Positions 41,132-47,512 of a stretch of DNA of 47,512 nucleotides are shown here, one piece after another. The notes under the pieces were generated by a model, which was not told the DNA's origin, did not search any database, and saw nothing but the letters and a program-made list of their open reading frames with translations. Source of the DNA: Candidatus Woesearchaeota archaeon (GTDB taxonomy: Archaea; Nanobdellota; Nanobdellia; Woesearchaeales; CG1-02-33-12). A program made the translations under genes and the position numbers. Positions within the stretch are counted from its first letter, which is position 1, and every line of letters starts with the position of its first letter. The DNA is taken from contig JAFCCI010000001.1 in the NCBI GenBank assembly GCA_017610275.1, positions 1 to 47,512 on the forward strand, in the 5' to 3' direction.

Positions 41132-41605
41132 TTACTGCTTTTTTTTGAAGTTTTCATCAACTGCATTAAAGTATTCCTTAACTCTGGTTAAAACAGTTGG
41201 TATCAAAAAGCTCTCAAACTTTTCCTCAAATATTTCACCCAGGCTTAAAAATTCTGTAATCCTATAATTATTGTTTATTTTCTCAATTATAAATAACTCT
41301 TTTAATCTTCTTAACTGTCTCCTTATGTTTGAGGGTGCTATTCCTGCAAGAGGCAGCTTGTGTTTTTTTCTTGCCTTAACAACTTTGTCCTTAATTTCTT
41401 CTGATGTTAGTTTCTTTTTTTGCTTTTTTGCATTTAGAAGAACATAAAGAACATCAACTATAACATCACGAGAATCTCCTGGCTGCAAAATCCCCATGCT
41501 TAGGCATAATTTTCTGATAAGCTCTCTTCTTGTCTCTTTGTGAGGCTTCTCATAGCGCCTTAAGGTTATTTCTGAAAGTGGAATATCTCTTGATATTTTT
41601 TTCAT
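41132..41605 (-). CDS. conserved-looking basic protein, possible winged-helix DNA-binding protein
   Basis: 157 aa with an ATG start. The helix-rich sequence ITLRRYEKPHKETRRELIRKLCLSMGILQPGDSRDVIVDVLYVLL suggests an HTH. The assignment is weak. Confidence 0.45.
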   Translation of the reverse strand: MKKISRDIPLSEITLRRYEKPHKETRRELIRKLCLSMGILQPGDSRDVIVDVLYVLLNAKKQKKKLTSEEIKDKVVKARKKHKLPLAGIAPSNIRRQLRRLKELFIIEKINNNYRITEFLSLGEIFEEKFESFLIPTVLTRVKEYFNAVDENFKKKQ

Positions 41606-41656
41606 GATTAAAGAATTTAATAATAAGCTTATATTTATAATTTTTGTTTAAAAGAA

Positions 41657-41779
41657 TTATTTTAATACACAATTACACTCTAGGCATACATGTGTTCCAA
41701 GTTTTTCATCAAACCTTGTGTTCACACCATAATCTAACACAGTTCCACACTTTGGGCATTTTGGTTCTAAAAATTCCAT
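41657..41779 (-). CDS. possible 40-aa zinc-ribbon protein
   Basis: Manual ORF MEFLEPKCPKCGTVLDYGVNTRFDEKLGTHVCLECNCVLK with paired CxxC motifs. No clear SD. An in-frame GTG lies 9 codons upstream. Confidence 0.35.
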   Translation of the reverse strand: MEFLEPKCPKCGTVLDYGVNTRFDEKLGTHVCLECNCVLK

Positions 41780-41916
41780 AGACTCAAATAGATTAAGATT
41801 TTCCACCTAGAACCCCCTACACTTAGTATTCTGGAATCTGTTCTATATAAACCTTTCTAATTTTTATTTCTAAAAAACGCAAAATTTAAATGCAGTAGCT
41901 TTTTAACTTCTAAAAT

Positions 41917-42144
41917 ATGAGAAATAATAAACTAGTTAAAAAAATTAAAGAGCCCACGAGCTTAAGCTATATAAACAGAGAAAAAGGATTTCAGCTAAAT
42001 GCACAATCTGTTGATGATATAAGAGGGCACATTAGCCCTTTGTTAAAATACAGGGGATTAGTTGATTTGAAAAATAATACTACTGTGAAAATATATGCAA
42101 ATGATGAATTTTGGGAAAAGAAAGATTATCTTACCAAATTATAA
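41917..42144 (+). CDS. hypothetical 75-aa protein, possibly leaderless
   Basis: A TTTAAAT box ends 26 nt upstream of the ATG. No recognisable motif. Confidence 0.35.
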   Translation: MRNNKLVKKIKEPTSLSYINREKGFQLNAQSVDDIRGHISPLLKYRGLVDLKNNTTVKIYANDEFWEKKDYLTKL

Positions 42145-42721
42145 ATTTTTTCTTATAACTTAAACATTCCCACCAGTCTGAGAAGTCAACAAAAAATGGT
42201 AGATTATTGTCTTGTTTTAGATGTTCCATTTTATTGTTAACTATAAGTTCAACTTCTCCTGTAAAAACATTATTTTTTTGTTTGAAATGGTTTGCAATAA
42301 TTTTATTACTTATCCTAATTTTATAATTATCATACAGCTGTTTTTTTAAGATCATATGATTCTAATATATTATTTACCAAATAGGAATCATTCCTGCTTA
42401 ATATCCTTAAAGTTTTCTTACCCTTTCCTAAATGCTCATCTATTTTTGAAAGATTTTTTAACCTAACATCTTTTATATTTTCTTTGGCAATAACATAAGG
42501 AACCCCTTCTAAGATAGATATCATTTTCCTAAATTGTTTTTCACTATTTATTTTTAAAACTTTATTTAATGTATATAACATAAAACTTTCATAGAATTTA
42601 TAACTCTTTTTTTGTCTTTCTGATATTTCCTTGCATTTAGTAAGATTTTCCCAAGTGTATGATTTTTGATTAATGTGTCATCAAAATCAATAAAAGCATC
42701 TACTCTTTCATCAATTGCCAT
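42131..42721 (-). pseudogene. HAD-superfamily hydrolase-like gene split into three frames by shifts at two A7 tracts
   Basis: Three pieces: ORF1 42566-42721 (MAIDERVDAFIDFDDTLIKN..., with the DxDxT motif I), ORF2 42330-42581 and ORF3 42131-42355. They overlap head to tail. Adding one A at 42607-42613 and removing one A at 42341-42347 gives a single ORF of about 200 aa. Confidence 0.5.
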
Positions 42722-42726
42722 CTTAA

Positions 42727-45183
42727 CTATTTGAAATATGTATCAAGTTTGCTTTGGTTAAGGCTATTAATTAAATCATCTTTTTCAAAGCCCAGAACCT
42801 CAAATATCTTTTCAACAGAAGGAATTATCTGATTATTTATATAATAATCAGAGTCATAATCGTCTTTGCTTATCTCTTCTGGAAGCTTAGCCCTATCTCT
42901 TATTTTTTCTTTGATTTTCCCCTTTGTTATGACATATTTTATAAGTGAGCCAGGACCAACAGGAATACCCTTATTAATCATCCTTTTGGCAACTGCAACA
43001 TGTGGCCCAATGGAATCATATTCGCTTATTGCTTTTTGCAGCTGAGTATGTATAACAACTTTTTCAATAGGAATTTTTTTATCCCTTAAATCTGTAATAA
43101 TATCCTTCACATAATCAAATGCCTTTTTTGGATTTCCTTCTTTTAAAATTATATTCAAAATCTCCCTTTGAGTTTCCTTAGCAACAAATGACCAGTTTCT
43201 TCTTATTGTCTCAAACCCTTTGATGATAATATGATTATCTTCTGACAACAGGGCATATTTTTTCTTTGCACCATACGCACCCTCTTTTGCTGAAACAAAA
43301 ATTCCTCTTGGATAAAATCCTTCATACTCAATTTCCATCAAGTCTGGAAGATTGGCATTAATTGATTCAACAAACTTTTTTGTATCATCCTTTGTTTTTT
43401 CATCTAATATTAAAAATACAGAATCTGTATCAGAATACAACACCTTAAAGCCGGCATTTTTTGCATCATCAATAACCTTTTGTATGTAATACCTTCCGTA
43501 AGCGGTTATGCTCCTTGCACATTCTATCGAGTACCACCTTGCTCCAAAAAAACCCATGTAACCATACATAGAGTTTCCAATTGTTTTTAATGCGTACTGC
43601 CTTGCATTAAACAGCTTAAGTTTTTTCTTATCAACGGTTTTCATTATTTCTTTTACACGCATCCTTCTCGTTATTATACCCTCAAGGACTGTTGAGATAA
43701 AGCCCTTTTTCTTTGAGCAAAACCAGTATTTATCAAACTCCGGGACATGTTTTTCATCCTCGCAGCATCTGCAGTTAAGCGTGTCCGGAGAAATGTTATG
43801 GGAGGTTATTATAGTGGGATATAGGCTTCTGAAATCAAAAATTATTATATTTTTATACAGTCCAGGTGTAGGCTTGAAAACAAATGCTCCCTTATATGTA
43901 TTATTTCTTCTTTCCTTTATTTGATCATAAGTTGGTTTGTTTGGAGCAATTTCATTAATAACATTTGCCTGTTTTATCAAGTACCATTCATCCAATTGTG
44001 AGAAACTCATTCTGCTTACCTCAGCTATTGGAAGCCCGACTATTTTGATAAGTTCGATTATATTTGGCAGAATTTCCTTGCAAAGCATGAATGTTAATTT
44101 TGAATCCTGAAGATTATAATCACAGAACTCTTCAAGCTGTTCTGGTTTGTTGTCCCATACAGAAGCAAGGTTATCAAGGTTAACATCATTTTTCTTTTCT
44201 CCAAGAATCTCTTCTGCAACTGAGTTAAGGGAATATGTGTCTGTCTCTAGTGTTGTTCCCATTATTTTTCTTATGAACTTGAATATGTCAAGGTGGGCAA
44301 TACCTGTAAGTTTTGCTGTTGAAATACCTCTTTTATTAATTTTTACTGAGCTGTAGTCAAGGCCAATATCAAGGTTTATATTATACTTTTTTGCTCTCTC
44401 TTCAATGTAAGGAAAATCAAAACCGTCAGAAAAATAGCCCGTTATTATATCCGGCTTGTACAATCCTATAATTTCCCTGAATTTGTTTATCAAACCAAGC
44501 TCACTGTCAACGAATTCAATGTTTTTGTTATCTGTCTTAAATCTCTTCCATGTTATTATTTTCCTTAACTCATTGCCATAAAAACTTATCATAATTATAG
44601 GATCTTTTTTTGCATCAATGTTTTTCCCTCTTGGATTATATGTTTCTATATCAAATGCAAGTATTCTTGGATTTTCTATTATTTCATCACCTATATTCCC
44701 CACCTTTTCTGCTTTCATAACAGAAACTCTTGATTTTTTATTTATGAATTCACCTTCTGCTTTGCACAGGGTCAGGGGTATTATATCCTTATCTATTAGA
44801 TATCTTCTTGTAAATGAAATGTCAAATTCATATGTTTTAACATCAAGATTTTTTATTTCATTTCTTATTATATTAACATCTCTTGGCAGCTTTGTAAATA
44901 CTTTTATTGCAGTTATGTTCTTTCCAAAGAACTTCTTTTCCTTTACCTGTGTTTTTGTAACTATGCTTATTTCCTTATCTTTCTCAACCCTTATCTTTTC
45001 TATGTTTTCCACTATTTTATTTATACTATCTTTTTTTGATATAACCCAAAAATAAGGCTCAAAACTGTTATCCTGAACACAGATCTGCTTTCCATCAGCA
45101 GTTCTTCCAAACAGATTTATGACTGCCTTGCCCTGTTCTACACTATAGCTTATATCTATGGGGTAAAATTCTATTTCAACCAT
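42727..45183 (-). CDS. polB: family B DNA polymerase
   Basis: 818 aa. Exo I FDIETYN, Exo II FDFPYI, Exo III YNLQDS, motif A DFRSLYPTII, motif B KTIGNSMYGY, motif C YSDTDSVF. No intein-sized insertions. Confidence 0.95.
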   Translation of the reverse strand: MVEIEFYPIDISYSVEQGKAVINLFGRTADGKQICVQDNSFEPYFWVISKKDSINKIVENIEKIRVEKDKEISIVTKTQVKEKKFFGKNITAIKVFTKLPRDVNIIRNEIKNLDVKTYEFDISFTRRYLIDKDIIPLTLCKAEGEFINKKSRVSVMKAEKVGNIGDEIIENPRILAFDIETYNPRGKNIDAKKDPIIMISFYGNELRKIITWKRFKTDNKNIEFVDSELGLINKFREIIGLYKPDIITGYFSDGFDFPYIEERAKKYNINLDIGLDYSSVKINKRGISTAKLTGIAHLDIFKFIRKIMGTTLETDTYSLNSVAEEILGEKKNDVNLDNLASVWDNKPEQLEEFCDYNLQDSKLTFMLCKEILPNIIELIKIVGLPIAEVSRMSFSQLDEWYLIKQANVINEIAPNKPTYDQIKERRNNTYKGAFVFKPTPGLYKNIIIFDFRSLYPTIITSHNISPDTLNCRCCEDEKHVPEFDKYWFCSKKKGFISTVLEGIITRRMRVKEIMKTVDKKKLKLFNARQYALKTIGNSMYGYMGFFGARWYSIECARSITAYGRYYIQKVIDDAKNAGFKVLYSDTDSVFLILDEKTKDDTKKFVESINANLPDLMEIEYEGFYPRGIFVSAKEGAYGAKKKYALLSEDNHIIIKGFETIRRNWSFVAKETQREILNIILKEGNPKKAFDYVKDIITDLRDKKIPIEKVVIHTQLQKAISEYDSIGPHVAVAKRMINKGIPVGPGSLIKYVITKGKIKEKIRDRAKLPEEISKDDYDSDYYINNQIIPSVEKIFEVLGFEKDDLINSLNQSKLDTYFK

Positions 45184-45269
45184 TTTACTACTAAAAGAGT
45201 GATTTATATATAAACTTTATGACTATTTTTTCAATAAAATATATATAATCTATTAATAAATTAGATAAA

Positions 45270-47111
45270 ATGAGACTAAGATTATCATGCAAGGAACTGA
45301 TTTTTCCAATTTTAATTCTGATTTCATTCTTGGTGTGGAAGCCAGTAATAATATTTATTTTCCCAGGCATTTTGATATTTTACATTAAAGATTTTAAGAA
45401 AATAGGATTAAGCGAAATTGTAGTTTATACAATTGGATTATCACTCTCATTCTGGATTTGCGCTTTCTGGATTTTGAGGTTCGTAAAAATACCTTTTACA
45501 CTCTTATTTTATATTGTTTCTGCAGCATGTTTTGGATATGTTTTTTACTTTAGTTATTTTAAGAAAAATCTTAACATTAAGATAAATTACAGGGAGATTA
45601 TAATCATTGCATTCTTCATAATTGTTTTGTTATTATACACTCCAATCATGAGAAACCAGATTGTGGCAGCTGGCGCAGATATGTCAATGCATACTTATAT
45701 TGCAAAGTTAATATATGAGAAAAATGGGTTTCCCTTGAGTTATAAACCAATCCTGCCAATAAACCATTTTGGTGTATATAACACTGGTTTTCAATCAATC
45801 TCTGCCTTGATATCCCTTATAGGAAATTCACCTGTTTACAGAAGCACGCTTTTAATGACAGGTTTTACATATTTCTTTTTTAGCATTTGCCTTTATGTTT
45901 TTCTCAGAAGATTTTATAATAAATGGATTAGCCTTGTTACATCTTTAACTATATCTTTTGCAGGATATCAACCAATGGGTTATATTGGTTGGGGGGGAAA
46001 TTCCACTATTTTGTCTTTATCATTTGTAATCCTTGGCTTATCTTTAATATATTTATTTAAAGAAGAATCAATATCTTCAATGTTCATAATCTCTTTGGTT
46101 TTATGTTCTGCTTTTCTTACAAACTCTGCTTATCTTCTTATATTTTCATATATTTATATAGGAATTTTTTTGTTTAATTTAATTAAATCAAAATTAAGAA
46201 AAAGCTTTATTATTAAGCATGTTTTAATAGTGATAATCTCATTATTGATATTGTCTCCTTTTATATTAAATCTTAGATTTGATATTATTTCTAAAAGCGA
46301 AAGGGATTGGGTAACAGAACTCAATCAAAACCATATAACTGCATGGCATGGAAATTTAAAAAATTCAATTGTAACGATTCCAATGAATGTTAGAAAATAT
46401 GATGGCAAATTTATCTCATTTTTAGCTTTCATAGGATTTTTTTGTATGTTATTCACAAATAAACAAGAAGCCTTAAAATATCTTATTGTAACTGGAATTC
46501 TATTTGTTCTTATCCTCAACTCTCATTATTATATTTTGCCATTTTCTTATATCTTATTTTCATACAGAATAGCAACAATGGCTTTGATACCTTTTGCAAT
46601 ATTCATTGGAGGTTTGATAACCTTTATATCTAGAACTGCAGTTATCAATTTAAAGAAAAAAGAAATAACTAAAAGAATATTGGGAGTTTGTGCTTTAGTA
46701 TTTCTCTTTTTAGTGTTTACTGGTTTTATTCAGAATTCAATTTCAAGATATTCATTTTTTATAAGAAGTTCACAGATCAACAGTATGGTAACCCCAAATG
46801 ATATTGAAGCTTACAAATGGATTGAGGAAAACACAAAAACAACAGACCTATTTTTGAATAATTATGGTGATGGTGGTGCTTGGATACCTGCAATTGCATT
46901 CAGGCCAATAACTAATCCGCATAATGCCCATCCTTATTTTGATGAATTCAGGGAAGGAATAAAAAAATTAACACTAAAATATGTTTATATTGGTGAGAAA
47001 AAAGTTTATAAAATAGACCTTCACCAAGAAGAATTTGATTCAAAGCCAGATGAATATGAACTTGTTTTTTCTAAGGGAAATGTTAAAATATATAAAATAA
47101 ATTTACAATAG
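45270..47111 (+). CDS. polytopic membrane protein (about 13 TM) with a C-terminal soluble domain, possible GT-C-type glycosyltransferase
   Basis: 613 aa. The architecture resembles GT-C / oligosaccharyl- or mannosyl-transferase-like proteins. I saw no canonical WWDYG motif, so the function is uncertain. Confidence 0.55.
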   Translation: MRLRLSCKELIFPILILISFLVWKPVIIFIFPGILIFYIKDFKKIGLSEIVVYTIGLSLSFWICAFWILRFVKIPFTLLFYIVSAACFGYVFYFSYFKKNLNIKINYREIIIIAFFIIVLLLYTPIMRNQIVAAGADMSMHTYIAKLIYEKNGFPLSYKPILPINHFGVYNTGFQSISALISLIGNSPVYRSTLLMTGFTYFFFSICLYVFLRRFYNKWISLVTSLTISFAGYQPMGYIGWGGNSTILSLSFVILGLSLIYLFKEESISSMFIISLVLCSAFLTNSAYLLIFSYIYIGIFLFNLIKSKLRKSFIIKHVLIVIISLLILSPFILNLRFDIISKSERDWVTELNQNHITAWHGNLKNSIVTIPMNVRKYDGKFISFLAFIGFFCMLFTNKQEALKYLIVTGILFVLILNSHYYILPFSYILFSYRIATMALIPFAIFIGGLITFISRTAVINLKKKEITKRILGVCALVFLFLVFTGFIQNSISRYSFFIRSSQINSMVTPNDIEAYKWIEENTKTTDLFLNNYGDGGAWIPAIAFRPITNPHNAHPYFDEFREGIKKLTLKYVYIGEKKVYKIDLHQEEFDSKPDEYELVFSKGNVKIYKINLQ

Positions 47112-47142
47112 ATTTAAATAATACTTTCTTTTATTAGTTTTT

Positions 47143-47512
47143 ATGATTTATGATTTAATTATAATTGGGGCAGGACCTGCCGGCCTTTCAGCAGCTATTT
47201 ATGCATCAAGATATAATCTCAATACCTTTGTTGTAGGAGATGAGCCAGGAGGAATGGCAGCTGAGGCATATAAAGTAGAGAATTATCCCGGCTTTAAGTC
47301 TGTCTCAGGGATGGAATTAATGAATAAATTTAAAGAGCAAATAAAAGGCTTAGTTGATGTAAAACAGGAAAAAATTATTGAATTAAAAAAAGAAAATGAT
47401 TTTGTGATAACAACCAAAGAAGGAGTTTACAAATCAAAAGCAGTTATAATTGCCTCAGGAACAAAAAGAAGAAAACTTAACATTAAAGGAGAAAAAGAAT
47501 TTCTTGGTAAGG
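47143..47512 (+). CDS. trxB: thioredoxin reductase-like FAD/NAD(P) oxidoreductase, N-terminal part (runs off the window end)
   Basis: Manual translation MIYDLIIIGAGPAGLSAAIYASRYNLNTFVVG...VENYPGF, showing the GxGxxG FAD motif and a TrxB-like N-terminus. Confidence 0.8.
   Translation, partial: MIYDLIIIGAGPAGLSAAIYASRYNLNTFVVGDEPGGMAAEAYKVENYPGFKSVSGMELMNKFKEQIKGLVDVKQEKIIELKKENDFVITTKEGVYKSKAVIIASGTKRRKLNIKGEKEFLGK

Noticed and set aside
42727-45183. Inteins in the family B DNA polymerase
   Set aside because: The protein is 818 aa, with motifs A, B and C contiguous and normally spaced. There are no Cys/Ser-...-HN splice junction blocks.
1-47512. CRISPR arrays, IS elements, integrases, restriction-modification or other recognisable defence systems
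   Set aside because: There are no regularly spaced direct repeats and no transposase, integrase, Cas or REase/MTase motifs in any of the ORFs. The only mobile-element-like signals are the tRNA-Ser 3' duplication and the intron-element family reported above.

Overview
AT-rich (roughly 30% GC by eye) archaeal chromosomal fragment. The archaeal call rests on TFB, family-B DNA polymerase, SRP54, endonuclease Q, AMP phosphorylase, TTTAAATA-type TATA boxes about 25-30 nt upstream of tRNA 5' ends, and tRNAs with bulge-helix-bulge introns. The gene content, small proteins and multi-intron tRNAs suggest a small-genome DPANN-like lineage, but that is inference. I support about 50 protein genes, 4 tRNA genes (Val-GAC, Thr-GGU, Leu-UAA, Ser-UGA) and no rRNA, CRISPR array, transposase or integrase.

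Main blocks:
- DNA repair and Nudix genes: 1.5-5 kb.
- A divergent glycogen/alpha-glucan cluster with two different glycogen-synthase families: 5-14.3 kb.
- Housekeeping genes: SRP54, ThrRS, M29 aminopeptidase.
- Nucleotide salvage: AMP phosphorylase, PRPP synthetase, PfkB kinases.
- A tRNA cluster: 23.7-25.4 kb.
- A 5.4 kb islet bounded by tRNA-Ser and a duplicated tRNA-Ser 3' segment. It carries a nucleotide-kinase-like gene, two radical SAM genes, a deaminase-type amidohydrolase and a truncated pyrophosphatase: 32.0-37.5 kb.
- TFB, Trm112, an Ogt-like gene and a methyltransferase-kinase fusion: 37.8-40.6 kb.
- Two lysine-rich chromatin-like proteins: 1.27 kb and 40.7 kb.
- PolB followed by a twice-frameshifted HAD-like gene: 42.1-45.2 kb.

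Most interesting signals:
- The tRNA-bounded radical-SAM islet.
- A family of about 90-nt structured elements. Two are homologous T-loop (59/60) introns in two different tRNAs; a third is an orphan inverted copy next to tRNA-Val.
- The basic repeat proteins, which share an upstream motif.

All family assignments come from motif recognition by eye. No database search was run.
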